A stretch of 64,000 bases of DNA from an uncultured Acidobacteriota bacterium (GCA_963723535.1 CAVRRE010000012.1:178-64177), one strand, 5' to 3'; positions 25,038 to 35,676 are shown, numbered from the stretch's first letter. Numbers and translations are program-made. Notes: a model not told the origin generated them from the letters alone.

Positions 25038-26028
25038 CGCGTGGCCGGCGGGCCATCCTTTTTCTCCAGCTCGGCGGGCCCGAAACCCTCGCGGACGTTC
25101 CGGGCTTCCTCTACCGGCTCTTCTCCGACCCCGACGTCCTCCGCATCCGCCCCGCGCTCCTCCGCAAGGCCGTCGCCGGCGCGATCGCCCTCGGCCGGCG
25201 CCGGACGCCTCGCGAAACCTCTACGCATCGATCGGGGGCGGGTCGCCGATCCGCCGCCTCACCGAAGAGCAGGCGGCGGGCGTCGAGAGCCTGCTGCGCG
25301 CCGGCGGGGGCGACATCGTGGTGCGCGCCGCGATGACCTGCTCGAAGCCGCTGGTCGAGGACGTCGTGCGCGAGCTCGCGCTGGCCGGCATCGACCGCTT
25401 CCTGGCGTTTCCCCTCTACCCGCAGTACTCCCTGACCACGACGAAGGGCGCCCTCGGAGCGCAGCCGGGCCGCGGTCGAGCGCTTCGCGCCGCGGGCGTC
25501 CTTCCACGAGATCGGCTCCTTTCCGACCGATCCCCTCTTCGTCGAGGCGCACGCCGAATCCATCCGCGAGGAGCTCGCCCGGTTCGCGGACCCGCGGCCC
25601 GAGGCCGTGCACCTGCTCTTCTCGGCGCACTCGATCCCGAAGAAGCTCGTGACCGGGAGGGCGATCCCTACGCCATCGGAGATCGAGGCGAGCGCCCGCG
25701 CGATCCTCGACCGCGCTCGGCTGGAAGGGACCGTGGTCCCTGGCCTACCAGTCGAAGCTCGGTCCCGTCGAGTGGCTCGGTCCCGCCGACGCTCGACGAG
25801 ATCAAGAGGCTCGGCGCGGCCGGCGCCCGTCAGGTCCTCGCCGTCCCGATCGCCTTCGTGACCGATCACGTCGAGACGCTCTACGAGATCGACCAGCTCT
25901 TCGCCGGCGAGGCGCGCTCGGCGGGGATCGCGTCCTTCCGCCGGACGCCCGGCCTGAACGATCGGCCGACGTTCCTCCGGGCCCTGGCCGCGCTGGCGAG
26001 GTCGGCCGACGGGTTCTGGAGCGGCTGA
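25034..26028 (+). pseudogene. hemH: ferrochelatase, at least 5 frame breaks
   Basis: GTG at 25034 begins [38 protein letters not shown]. Later segments are [19 protein letters not shown]...[44 protein letters not shown] and [19 protein letters not shown]...*. The stop overlaps the hemY ATG (TGATG). Confidence 0.85.
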
Positions 26029-27343
26029 TGCCGAGAACGGTCGTCGTCGGCGCCGGCATCGGCGGTCTCGTGGCGGCGCGGCAGCGGGCGCGGGCGGGCA
26101 TCGAGACGCGTGCTGCTCGAGCGCGCGCCGGAGCCCGGCGGCGTCATGCGGACCGTGCGCCGCGACGGCTTTCTCCTCGAGGCCGGGCCCGAACACGGTT
26201 CGCCCGACTCCGGAGCTCCTGGATCTCGTCTCGGAGCTCGGCCTGGGGTCCGAGCTCCTCGTCACAGACCCGCGGCTTCCCCGCTACGTCGATTTTCGCG
26301 GCCGGCTGCACGCGCTGCCGATGTCGCCGCTCGCCCTGCTCACGACGCCGCTGCTGTCGGTCTCCGGCAAGCTCCGGCTCGCGGCCGAGCCCTTCCGCCG
26401 AAGCGCCGCGCCGCCGGATGAGAGCGTCTTCTCCTTCTTCGCTCGCCGCCTCGGACCCGAGGTCGCGGAACGCGTCGTGGCGCCGTTCGTCTCCGGCATC
26501 TTCGCGGGCGACGCCAGTCGCCTTTCGGCCGCCGACGCGTTTCCCGCGGTGACCCGCTGGGAGCGCGAGACCGGCAGCATCCTCCGCGGTGCGATCCGCG
26601 AAGCCCGGGCCGCGGGCGCCCGATCGAAGCGCATCCGGGGGCTCGTCTCGTTCCGCGAGGGGCTCGCGGCCTTGCCCCGGGCGATGGCGGGCGCTCTCGG
26701 CAACGCTTTCCGTCCGGGAGCTGCCGTCGTGCGCATCGGGCCGGCGGGCGGGCGTTTCGCCGTCCGGGATTCCGCCGGCGAGGCCGAGGCGGACGAAGTC
26801 ATCCTCGCGACGCCCGCGGCGGAGACCGCGGATCTCGTGCGTCCCTTCGCCCCCGAAGCCGCCGCCGCGCTCGCGGCCATACCCCACCCTCCGCTCGCCG
26901 TGCTGCATCTCGCGTGGCCCCTCGCGGCGCTCCGCCGTCCGCTCACCGGCTTCGGTCACCTCGTCGTTCCGGATCCCTCCCGGCGGATCCTCGGAGCGGT
27001 CTGGAGCTCGAGCCTCTTTCCCGGCCGCGCACCGGAGGGCCAGGCGCTTCTGACCGTTTTCCTCGGCGGCGCGCGCGAGCCGGACGTCCCGCGCCTTTCC
27101 GACGGCCGCCTCGTCGACCTCGCGACCCGCGACCTCGAAGCGCAGGGGCTCGTGAGGGGCCAGCCGTCCCTTCTCATGACGACGCGCTGGGAGCGCTCGA
27201 TTCCGCAGTACACGAGCGGGCACGCGGCACGAATCGAAGCTCTGGCTCGAGCCGAAGCCCGCTGGCCGGGACTCCGGTTTCTCGGAAACTACCGCGGCGG
27301 CGTTTCTGTGGGGGATGTCGTCCGGGCGGCGCTCGCCGTCTGA
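26028..27343 (+). CDS. hemY: FAD-dependent protoporphyrinogen (or coproporphyrinogen) oxidase of the HemY type, two frame breaks (about 26108 and 26189)
   Basis: The reading is MPRTVVVGAGIGGLVAA (dinucleotide-binding motif) | VLLLERAPEPGGVMRTVRRDGFLLEAGP | NTVRPTPELLDLV... and then runs to the end in ORF 26321..27343 (...RWERSIPQYTSGH...FLGNYRGGVSVGD). Confidence 0.85.
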
Positions 27344-27406
27344 ACCTCGAGCGGGCGCTCGACGCGCCCGACCGGAGCGGAGAATGGTCGTCGGCTGGAT
27401 GCCTCG

Positions 27407-27913
27407 CTAGGGCGCCCGCTCCAGGGCCGCCTCTTCTTCCGTCGTCAGCTCGGGAAGGTGGCGGAGGAACGCGACGAGCGCCCAGATGTCCTCGTCCTTG
27501 TGCGTGGGACCGAAGGCCGGCATCCCGGTCATGCGGATCCCGTTCTGCACGAGCCAGAACAGCTCGCCGTCCGTGCGCTTCTGCACGCTCGGCTGCGTGA
27601 GGTCCGGGGCCGGCGGATTGAGCCCTTCGCCGATCGCGGACGGATCGACGCTCCCGGCTCCGTGGCAGGTCAGGCACATCGTCCGATAATGCGCGAGCGC
27701 CTTCGCGAGGTTCTCCGGCGTCGCCGTCACCGGGTTGGCCGTGCGCGGAGCGCGGCGGGCGACCGAGCGGTCGACGGCGAACGCGGCCACCTTCTTCTCC
27801 AGGTCTCCCGGGGGATCGATCGCTCCGATCGACACGGCTCCGGTCGCGATCACGAAGGCCGCCGCCGCGGCCACGCCGGCGATGCCAAACACGATGCCCA
27901 GCAGGAACTTCAT
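27407..27913 (-). CDS. membrane-anchored mono-heme c-type cytochrome
   Basis: ATG at 27913 follows GGAGGAGCC. There is an N-terminal anchor MKFLLGIVFGIAGVAAAAAFVIA, the heme-binding motif CLTCH and a distal M in GIRMTGMPAF. The track ORF 27407..28090 has a spurious upstream extension. Confidence 0.85.
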   Translation of the reverse strand: MKFLLGIVFGIAGVAAAAAFVIATGAVSIGAIDPPGDLEKKVAAFAVDRSVARRAPRTANPVTATPENLAKALAHYRTMCLTCHGAGSVDPSAIGEGLNPPAPDLTQPSVQKRTDGELFWLVQNGIRMTGMPAFGPTHKDEDIWALVAFLRHLPELTTEEEAALERAP

Positions 27914-27953
27914 GGCTCCTCCGCGTGTCGGGCCCGATGATACGCTGCGCGCC

Positions 27954-28422
27954 GTGGCGGAGACCCCGCGCTTTCTGGTCGGCATCGACTTCTCGGCGGG
28001 CTCCCGCAAGGCGCTCGCCGAAGCGCGCCGGCTCGCTTCGCTCTGCGGCGCGTCCCTCACGCTCGCCCACGTGCGCCCCTTCTCGGACATTCGCGCCGCG
28101 GTCGTCGAGGAGCGGGGCGATCTCCTGCGGGCCGGAGGACGGGCTCTCGCGCGCGAGATCGACGGCCCACTACGAGAGCCGTCTCGGGAGCTGGGCGCGG
28201 GTCGCCGAGGGCGAGCGGACGATCATCCTGCGCGGCGCTCCCGACGTCGCCCTGACCCGCGAGGGCCGGCGGGGCTACACGCTGCTCGTGCTCGGGACCA
28301 AGGGCTCCAACGCCGTGGCGACGCTCCTTCTCGGCGCGACCGTCGAACGCGCGCTGGCGCGGTCGACGATCCCCGTGCTCGCCGTACCCGAGTCCGCCCG
28401 CGCGCCCCGCCGCGCCCGCTAG
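27954..28422 (+). CDS. universal stress protein (UspA family), one frameshift near 28166; start uncertain (GTG 27954 or ATG 27912)
   Basis: The N-terminal part PRFLVGIDFSAGSRKALAEARRLASLCGASLTLAHV is in the frame of ORF 27735... The C-terminal part HYESRLGSWARVAEGERTIILRG.P...LLVLGTKGSNAVATLLLGATVERALARSTIPVLAV is in ORF 27925..28422. The break coincides with a CCC run at about 28166-28168. Confidence 0.75.
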
Positions 28423-28425
28423 CGC

Positions 28426-29724
28426 TCAGAGCAGCGGCGACAGCGTTCGCGCGAAGCGATCGCCGGTCCGATGCAGGCTGCCGCGCCGGCGCCACGGGCC
28501 GAGCCGGATCTCGCGCGCGCTCCCGAGATCGTTCTCGAAGGCCTCCTCCATGCGGTTCCCCGTGGTCTCGTCCAGAATCAGGAAGTTGCACTCGCCGTTG
28601 AACTCGAGCGAGCGAAAGTCGAGATTGCTCGAGCCCACGATCGACACGTACCCGTCGGCGACCAGGGTCTTGGCGTGGAGAACCGCGCCTTCGTATTCGA
28701 AGATCCGGACCTTCCGGCGGAGGAGCGCCGAATAGAGCGCGTGGCCGGCGTGGCGGACGATGGCGACGTCGGTCTTGCCGGGGAGCAGCAGCCGCACGTC
28801 GACACCGCGGCGCGCCGCGGCGCCCAGGATCCGCAGGGCCCGGTGGCGGGGAGCGAAGTACGCGACCGTGATCCAGAGCCTCTTGCGGGCGGCCGCCACG
28901 ACGCTCGCGAACACCGAGGCGAGCTCTTTCTGCCCCCGGCCCGGGCGCGAGTCGAGGACCAGGAGGCGCGGATCGTGGTCGGGCCCCCTCGGAACCGCGG
29001 AGATGGCGAGAGGCGCTCCGCCCGACTCGAGCCAGGCTTCCTGGAAGACGAGGGCCATCTCCCGGGCGGGCGCGCCCTCGACGCGCGAGTGCGTGTCGCG
29101 AAAGAGGGTCTCGCGGGGCAGAAGCGACGAGCCGTACTCGTCGCCGATGTTCATGCCTCCCGTGAAGGCGACGCGCCGGTCGGCGACCAGGATCTTGCGA
29201 TGGTCGCGTCGAAAGAGGAGCCGCAGTGGCTTGAGACCGATCGGGCGGAAGAGCCGCGCCTCGACGCCGACCTCCGTCATCTCCTTCCAGAAGCCCCGCC
29301 GCGTCTCGAGCGATCCGATCCCGTCGGCCAGGACACGCACGGTCACGCCGCGGCGCGCGGCCGCGATCAGGGCCGCCTGGAAGCGGCGGCCCGTCGGATC
29401 GTCCTTGAAGATGTACGACTCCAGCAGCACCTCCTCGCGCGCCGACTCGACGGCCTCGAGCATGGAGTCGAAGGCCTCGGGACCGTTAAAGAAGACGTCC
29501 ACGCGCCGGGCGCCGAGAACGGCGTCCTCGTCGATACGCTCGAGCAGCTCGAGGAAACCGGGGTCGCGGACGCCGTTCGGGAGTGCCGCCGCGATCCGGC
29601 CCACGCGCCCCGCCTCCAGCTCCCGGGGCAGGCGCCGGCCCGCCCAGGGACGCAGGCGGGGAGCGAGGGGCCGGCGTCGGCCGAGGCTCTCGGGAGGGAC
29701 CGGCGCCCGACCCGCGCCGGCCAT
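28426..29724 (-). CDS. cls: phospholipase D-family cardiolipin synthase (ClsB-like, no obvious N-terminal TM segment)
   Basis: There are two HKD motifs (RRDHRKILVADRRVAFTGGMNIGDEY and VLHAKTLVADGYVSIVGSSNLDFRS). This is the last 432 codons of track ORF 28426..30723, with ATG at 29724. Confidence 0.88.
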   Translation of the reverse strand: MAGAGRAPVPPESLGRRRPLAPRLRPWAGRRLPRELEAGRVGRIAAALPNGVRDPGFLELLERIDEDAVLGARRVDVFFNGPEAFDSMLEAVESAREEVLLESYIFKDDPTGRRFQAALIAAARRGVTVRVLADGIGSLETRRGFWKEMTEVGVEARLFRPIGLKPLRLLFRRDHRKILVADRRVAFTGGMNIGDEYGSSLLPRETLFRDTHSRVEGAPAREMALVFQEAWLESGGAPLAISAVPRGPDHDPRLLVLDSRPGRGQKELASVFASVVAAARKRLWITVAYFAPRHRALRILGAAARRGVDVRLLLPGKTDVAIVRHAGHALYSALLRRKVRIFEYEGAVLHAKTLVADGYVSIVGSSNLDFRSLEFNGECNFLILDETTGNRMEEAFENDLGSAREIRLGPWRRRGSLHRTGDRFARTLSPLL

Positions 29725-29726
29725 CT

Positions 29727-30848
29727 TCAGACCGCGACGCGGACGGACCGGACGGCCGCCTCCGCCCGCCGGCGCGCCGATTCCACGGCGCCTCGCGCCA
29801 CGGGAAAGAGGAGGCTCTTCCAGAGGCTCGGGGCGTAGAAGCGGCGGAGCCAATCGCGGGCATCGGTCGCTCGCGCGATTCGGCGCAGGAGCCACGCATA
29901 CCCGGAGTCGCCAAGCCGCTCGTAGATGAAGCGGTTCACGACCGACGTTCGCAAAACCCCTTCGAAGCGCTTCCGAAGCGACTTCTCGTAATCGCGGGGC
30001 TTCCGCTCGACGAGCGCGCGAGCCGCCATGTGCCCGGAGACCAGAGCGAAACGCATGCCGAAACCCCAGAGCGCGTCCTGGAGGCCCGCCGCCTCTCCCG
30101 CGTACAGGACGGGGCCCCGGCCGGCGATCGGTGCCGCGCGAACGTTCCCCGTTCCTCCGAACGTGCGCTCGGCACGCATGCGGAGGCCGGCGTTCTTCTC
30201 GAAGAACGACCGGGCGCGCTCGCGGTACTCGCGCGCGTTCGCGTAGTCGTCGAAGAGGCAGGAGGCGACCGTGCCCCAGCCGCGGCAGACGAGGAGATAG
30301 GCGTATCCCTTCGGCGCCAGCCGGTCCGACAGAACGGCGAAGACTCCGTCGGGCATGTCCGTCTCGAAGACGTACCCGACCGCCAGGACGTCGCAGCGCT
30401 CGGGCCCGGGCGTGTGGATGCCGCCCTCGGCCGGAATCCCTTCCGTCTCTCCGAACCTCAGCCGGACTCCGGCCTTGAGAGCCTGGGTCTTGAGCGCCTG
30501 GTCGAGCGTGCCGGCGCCGACTCCGCGCCGAACGAGGTAGAACGCCGGGCGGTCCGACCGGAGCCGGCGCTCCCGTCCGTCGGGCCCGAAGAGGACTCCG
30601 TCTCGAATCGCGAAGTGGTCGAAGGTCGGAGCAATTCCGATCGAGGCGAGCTCCTCGAGCACGTCGCCGGGCGTCGTCCAGTTCTCGAGCCCCTGCAGGT
30701 CGCCGTGGAACCGGCTCCCGCATTCGGCGCGGCGTTCGTAGATCTCGACCTCGCGCCCGGCGCGGGCCGCCGTCAGGGCCGCGGACAGGCCCGCCGGACC
30801 CGCCCCGAGGATCTCGACGGGGCCGCCGTCCCTGCGGAGCTCAGGCAT
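29727..30848 (-). CDS. NAD(P)/FAD-dependent oxidoreductase, geranylgeranyl-reductase-like
   Basis: The N-terminus has VEILGAGPAGLSAALTAARAGREVEIYER, which is a GxGxxG motif. The ORF is intact. ATG at 30848 is preferred to the track start at 30875. The stop lies 2 nt before the cls start. Confidence 0.7.
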   Translation of the reverse strand: MPELRRDGGPVEILGAGPAGLSAALTAARAGREVEIYERRAECGSRFHGDLQGLENWTTPGDVLEELASIGIAPTFDHFAIRDGVLFGPDGRERRLRSDRPAFYLVRRGVGAGTLDQALKTQALKAGVRLRFGETEGIPAEGGIHTPGPERCDVLAVGYVFETDMPDGVFAVLSDRLAPKGYAYLLVCRGWGTVASCLFDDYANAREYRERARSFFEKNAGLRMRAERTFGGTGNVRAAPIAGRGPVLYAGEAAGLQDALWGFGMRFALVSGHMAARALVERKPRDYEKSLRKRFEGVLRTSVVNRFIYERLGDSGYAWLLRRIARATDARDWLRRFYAPSLWKSLLFPVARGAVESARRRAEAAVRSVRVAV

Positions 30849-31767
30849 GGCTCGCGGCGGAATGGCAGTCGGCATCGGCCGCGCCTTCGACCTGGACGGT
30901 GGCGTGATCGACGCCCGCGCGCTCCCGAAGCACGCCCTGGACGCTTCGGAGCAGATCCTCGCGGGCGAAGGAGGCCGCGGCGCGAATGTGCAGGCTCGCC
31001 GAGTGCTGGCCGGACGTCAGCGTCCAGAAGTGGAGATCGTGGATCGCCTCGACGCCGGGAACCTCGAGGATGGCGTCTCGAAGCCGTCCCACGTCGATCT
31101 CGGCCGGGGCGCCCTCCATGAGGATGTGCGCCGCCTCCCGGAGGATGCCGACCGCCCGCGGGAGAACCAGCAGCGCGACGCCGGCCGAGAGGATCGGATC
31201 CAGCGCGAACCAGCCCGTTCGCGACATCACGGCGGCGCCGATGAGGACCGCGACCGAGCCGAGCGCGTCCGTCGCGACCTCGAGATACGCGGCGCGCATG
31301 TTCAGCGAGTCCCGCCGGCCGGCCTTCAGGAGCCCGAGGGCCACGAGGTTGGCGAGAAGGCCCGCCGCCGCGACCACCAGCATCAGGCCCGTCTGGACGG
31401 GCTCGGGCGCCTGGAATCGCCGCCACGCCTCCCAGAGGATCGCCGCCGCGGCCACGAGCAGCAGCTGCGCGTTCACGAAAGCCGCGAGCACTTCCGCGCG
31501 CGCGAGACCGAACGTGTGCCGGCGGGTCGGCGCCCGGTCTCCGAGGGCCATTCCCGCCCACGCGAGGGTCAGCGCCGCGACGTCGGTGAACATGTGCGTC
31601 GCGTCGGCCAGCAGGGCGAGGCTGCCCGACAGGATGCCTCCGGCGACTTCGAGCACCAGCACGCCGACCGTGAGCAGGAGCGCCGCGCGCACTCGCCGGC
31701 GGCGCCAGGCGCGATCGGTGATCGGCGCGGAAGGGAGGCCGGCCGCCAGGCTCGAGGATCCGGTCAT
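30841..31767 (-). CDS. cation diffusion facilitator (CzcD/ZitB-like) metal efflux transporter
   Basis: This is the last 308 codons of track ORF 30841..33540: ...GSLALLADATHMFTDVAAL...HTFGLARAEVLAAF...LEVATDALGSVAVL...IHDLHFWTL. ATG at 31767 overlaps the upstream stop (ATGA). Confidence 0.88.
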   Translation of the reverse strand: MTGSSSLAAGLPSAPITDRAWRRRRVRAALLLTVGVLVLEVAGGILSGSLALLADATHMFTDVAALTLAWAGMALGDRAPTRRHTFGLARAEVLAAFVNAQLLLVAAAAILWEAWRRFQAPEPVQTGLMLVVAAAGLLANLVALGLLKAGRRDSLNMRAAYLEVATDALGSVAVLIGAAVMSRTGWFALDPILSAGVALLVLPRAVGILREAAHILMEGAPAEIDVGRLRDAILEVPGVEAIHDLHFWTLTSGQHSASLHIRAAASFAREDLLRSVQGVLRERAGVDHATVQVEGAADADCHSAASHA

Positions 31768-33800
31768 GCCGTCGCCGCCCTCTCGACTTCGACGCGCGCA
31801 TCGTTGAAACACGCGCCCCCCGCGATGTCCGTCAGCGTGTCGGGAGCGAGCGCGGTGGCGGTCGTGCCGCTCTCGGTGTTGTGCGCCCAGATTCCCTTGG
31901 GAAGCAGGACGACCCCGGCCTTCAGCGCGGCGCTCAGCCGGGCGCGGCAGCGAACCTCGCCGAGCTCGTTGTAGACGCGGACCGGCGCGCCATCCTCGAT
32001 CCCGCGCGCGGCGGCGTCGTGCGGATGAAGCTCGAGGGGGACGAAGGCGCGATGGAGCTCTCCGAGCGTCGAGCTGATCGTGCGGTCGGTGGCCGGAGAG
32101 ATCAGGGCCAGGGGAAACCGGGACGTGGCGGGGTCCGGGCGGTAGGCATAGAGACCGCCGGGCGCTTCGCGATCGAGCTCTTCGGGCAGCAGACGCACCT
32201 TGCCGTCGGCGGTCCGTGGGAAGACGTCCACGAACTGCACCGGGCGCGAGCCTTCGGGGGGAGCCGGCGGCTCGCCGCGGTCGAGCGCGGCGCGCAGAGC
32301 CCCTCCCCGGGGCGTCGAGGCGAGGAGAGCCTCGGCCAGCGCATCGTCGGTCTCGGGATCGCCCGGGAGCGCCACACCCGTGCGGCGGCAGAGCTCGCCG
32401 AAGACGTCCTGGTTCGAGCGGGCCTCGCCGGCGGGCTCGACGACCGGGCGTCCATCCTGGAGAACGAGGGCTCCGTACCCGCGGGAGATCTCGCGGCGCT
32501 CGAGAAACGTCGCCGCCGGCAGCACGACGTCGGCGTACCGCGCCGTGTCCGTCCGCACCGGATCGAAGACGACGGTGAAGAGGTCCTCGCGCGCAAGCCC
32601 CGCACGGACCTTCTCCTGCGCGGGCATCGTCATGAGAGGGTTGCAGTCGTAGACGAAGAGAAGCTCGACCGCCCCCGCGCCGCGCACGGCCAGCGCGTCG
32701 CCCAGCAGGTTCATGTTCACGATGCGCGTGGCCGGCTCGGCGGCGGCCGCGGGGGCTTCGCCGTCGATCTCCCGCCACGCAGACGAGTTCGAGATCGTGT
32801 AACCGCCGCCCCGCACGCCGAACTTTCCCGCCACGGCGGGCAGCGCGAGAATCGCGGCGGTCGCCGAGCCGCCGTTGCGGTTGCGCTCGGGGCCCCAGCC
32901 GCACCGGAGGGCCGCCGGGCTCGAGTCCGCATAGAGCCGCGCGAAGCGCTCGATGTCGGCCGCGGGAACGCGGGTCTCCGCGGCGGCCCGTTCCAGGGTC
33001 CAGGGCGCGGCCCGCCGCTCGAGCTCCTCGGCTCCGGTGGCGTGCGCCTCGAGAAACGCGCGGTCCTGCCGCCCGTTCGCGAACAGCCAGCGAATCACGG
33101 CGAGAGCGAGCGGGAGGTCCGTGCCGGGGTGCGGAGCGAGATGCAGGTCGGCGCGCTCGGCCAGCCGGGTGCGGCGAGGGTCCACGACCACGAGCCGGCC
33201 GCCTCTCTTCTGCGCCTGCTGGATGTACGGGACCAGATGGATGCCCGACACGGAGGGGTTGACGCCCCAGAGCACGACGAGCCGCGCCTCCGCGTAGTCC
33301 GGATACGCGATGCCGGTCATCTTGCCGTAGAGAGCAGCGGTGGCCGCCGCGGTGGGAGCCGCGCAGACCGTGCGCGCGAGGCGGGACGCGCCCAGGCGGC
33401 GGAACAGTCGCGCGTCGGTCGTGCCCTGCGACAGATAGCCGTTCGAGCCTCCGTAGTAGAAGGGCAGGATCGCCTCTCCCCCGCTGCGGCTCCGCACCTC
33501 GAGCAGCTTCCGGGCGATCAGCGAGAGGGCGTCGTCCCACGAAACCGGCCGGAACCGACCCTCGCCCTTCGGCCCCTCGCGCACGCCCGGATGGAGCAGG
33601 CGCGCCTCACCGTACATGTGCCGCGGAAACTCGCGGACCTTGGCGCAGATGTAGCCGTGCGTGACCGGGTTCGCCGTAGAGCCGCCGATCGCGACGACCC
33701 GGCCGCCCGCGACCGTGACGTCGAGGCTGCAGGCGTCGGGGCAATCGAGCGGACAGGCGCTCGCGACGTGCCGCCCCGAAGCCTCCGCCTCGGAGCTCAT
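31764..33800 (-). CDS. molybdopterin-dependent oxidoreductase (MopB superfamily), substrate unknown
   Basis: The 678-aa ORF is intact. It has the N-terminal 4Fe-4S motif CPLDCPDACSLDV...GYICAK, the molybdopterin oxidoreductase core and a C-terminal dinucleotide-binding barrel (...VRVYNELGEVRCRARLS...). There is no in-frame TGA. Confidence 0.85.
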   Translation of the reverse strand: MSSEAEASGRHVASACPLDCPDACSLDVTVAGGRVVAIGGSTANPVTHGYICAKVREFPRHMYGEARLLHPGVREGPKGEGRFRPVSWDDALSLIARKLLEVRSRSGGEAILPFYYGGSNGYLSQGTTDARLFRRLGASRLARTVCAAPTAAATAALYGKMTGIAYPDYAEARLVVLWGVNPSVSGIHLVPYIQQAQKRGGRLVVVDPRRTRLAERADLHLAPHPGTDLPLALAVIRWLFANGRQDRAFLEAHATGAEELERRAAPWTLERAAAETRVPAADIERFARLYADSSPAALRCGWGPERNRNGGSATAAILALPAVAGKFGVRGGGYTISNSSAWREIDGEAPAAAAEPATRIVNMNLLGDALAVRGAGAVELLFVYDCNPLMTMPAQEKVRAGLAREDLFTVVFDPVRTDTARYADVVLPAATFLERREISRGYGALVLQDGRPVVEPAGEARSNQDVFGELCRRTGVALPGDPETDDALAEALLASTPRGGALRAALDRGEPPAPPEGSRPVQFVDVFPRTADGKVRLLPEELDREAPGGLYAYRPDPATSRFPLALISPATDRTISSTLGELHRAFVPLELHPHDAAARGIEDGAPVRVYNELGEVRCRARLSAALKAGVVLLPKGIWAHNTESGTTATALAPDTLTDIAGGACFNDARVEVERAATA

Positions 33801-35591
33801 CCCTTCCAGGCCAGGATGCGGTCCATCGTGTCCACCGCTATGGGATGGTATCCCGGACGCGCCTTGCGGTAGATCGCGAGCGCCCGCTCGCGCCCCGCCG
33901 GCGTCTTTGCGAGCTCTTCATACAGGGGCTTGATGTACTTCCGGCGCCCGATCGAGACGAGAAAATCCTCGAGCCGCGCATCCGCCGCCGAATAGCCTCC
34001 GCGAATGGCCATCAGGAGCCACTGGAACGCGATCTCGTTGTTCCCGGTCGCGGTCAGGCCGAACGCCGCGTCCAGCTCCGCCATGCGGGCGGTGGGCAGC
34101 GGCGTCGGCAAGCCCCGCAGGAACGCCAGCCGCTCCTGGGTCGTCCAGCTCCCGAAGGGAACGTCCGAGGTCCGCGTGCTCCCCGCGCTCCAGTCCCCGG
34201 CCATCGCCGCGACGGCCTGCAGGCGCGCGGAGACGGGGCGGGGCGCCCCCGGGGGAAGACCCGGCTCCTCGAGCCACCGCTCGAGCGGCACCCTGGCCGC
34301 CCGCTCGCCGTCCGTCGCGAAAAGGTTCTCCCGCAGATAGCGCACGAAGTCCGCCGTCGTGATGCTCTGGAAGGCGAAACGGTCGAAGTAGCAGCGCAGG
34401 AACTCGTCGAAGCGTTCGCGCCCGAAGAGCTCTTCGAGCTGGCGCAGAAACAGCGCGCCCTTCTCGTACGGCAGGCGCGTGGCGCCGTCGTCGGGGTCCC
34501 GGCCGGACAGGTCGATGTGGAGGAGCTCGTCGCGGTCCTCGAGACGCTCGAGCTCGTCGTCGAGGTCTTCGCGGCCGAGCGCCGCCTCCATGCCCGAGAA
34601 GTCCGCTCCGTAGACGTCCTCGTCGATCCGCCGTTCGAGATAGGTCGTGAAGCCCTCGTTCAGCCAGAAATCGCTCCAGGTCGCGTTGGTGACGAGGTTG
34701 CCCGACCAGGAATGCGCGAGCTCGTGGGCGATGAGCGAAACGAGGCTCCGGTCTCCGGCGAGGACGGTCGGAGTCGCGAAGGTCAGCCGCGGATTCTCCA
34801 TTCCGCCGAAGGGGAAGCTCGGCGGCAGCACGAGGATGTCGTACCGCTCCCAGCGATACGGCCCATACAGGCGCTCGGCCGACTGCATCATCTTCTCGGT
34901 GTCGGCGAACTCGTGAGCCGCCCGCGCGAGAAGAGACGGCTCGGCATAGACGCCCGACCTCGGCCCGAGCGGCGCGAACGCGAGGTCGCCGGCGGCGATC
35001 GCGAGGAGGTACGCCGGGATCCGCTGCGGCATCGAGAAGCGGTACGTGCCGCCGCGCTCCCCGGTCGGGTTTCCGGCGGCGCTCATGACGGCCACCAGAT
35101 CCGGCGGCGTGCGGACGGTGGCGCTGTACGTGATCCGCACGCCCGGCGTGTCCTGCATCGGTATCCAGCTCCGCGCGTGGATCGCCTGCGACTGCGAGAA
35201 GAGGAACGGGTGCTGCTTGCCCGCCGTCTGGGCCGGCGTCAGCCACTGGAGGCCCGAAGCCGTGGGGCGCGTCGCGTAGTGGATCCGGACCTGATCGGCG
35301 CCCGGCGGGAGCGGAATGATCAGGGGCGAACCGAGAATCGAATCGGCGGGCCCGAGATCGAACCGCGCAGTCGTCCAGCGCCCGTCGCTGCCCGGTCTCG
35401 ACCGAATCGACGTCGAGACCCCGCGTGTCGAGGACGAGCCGGTCGGCGGCCGGGTCCACGCGTTCGAACCGGAGGGTCGCGGTGCCGCGCAGGATGCGCT
35501 TCTCGAAGTCCACCGTCAGATCCAGATCCGCGTGCCGCACGAGCACGCGGGCGGGCTCGGCAAACGAGTGGACGTCGGCGGTGGACGTCAC
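33797..35591 (-). CDS. M1-family zinc aminopeptidase (leukotriene A4 hydrolase / aminopeptidase-like), one frameshift near 35393
   Basis: The GTG start at 35591 gives MTSTADVHSFAEP...LDTRGLDVDSVETG. The hand-read continuation is SDGRWTTARFDLGPADSILGSPLIIPLPPGADQVRIHYATRPTASGLQWL...IPMQDTPGV, which runs into ORF 33797..35158. That ORF carries FPFGGMENP and HELAHSWSGNLVTNATWSDFWLNEGFTTY (GxMEN plus HExxH-x18-E). The stop overlaps the next start (ATGA). Confidence 0.88.
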
Positions 35592-35676
35592 GGGAGAGCG
35601 AGATTAGCAAAACCGCCGGATCGCCCCGGGCGTTACAATCGCCCGCGCCCCGCACCCGACACGAACAGGAGCACCG

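Noticed and set aside
23326-26028. A 900-aa plus-strand ORF spanning the hemE end to the hemH end.
   Set aside because: It is a chimera of in-frame fragments of hemE, hemN and hemH separated by out-of-frame Arg/Pro-rich filler. It exists only because stop codons are rare in GC-rich off-frames.
27911-27914. The cytochrome c gene (minus) and the usp gene (plus) could share a CATG as overlapping divergent start codons.
   Set aside because: Back-to-back starts with no promoter space are implausible. The in-frame GTG at 27954 just before the conserved PRFLVGIDFS core is a more sensible usp start.
31764-33800. I considered a selenocysteine (in-frame TGA) in the molybdopterin oxidoreductase.
   Set aside because: The 678-codon frame is uninterrupted, no SECIS-like context is needed, and Cys residues occupy the N-terminal cluster.
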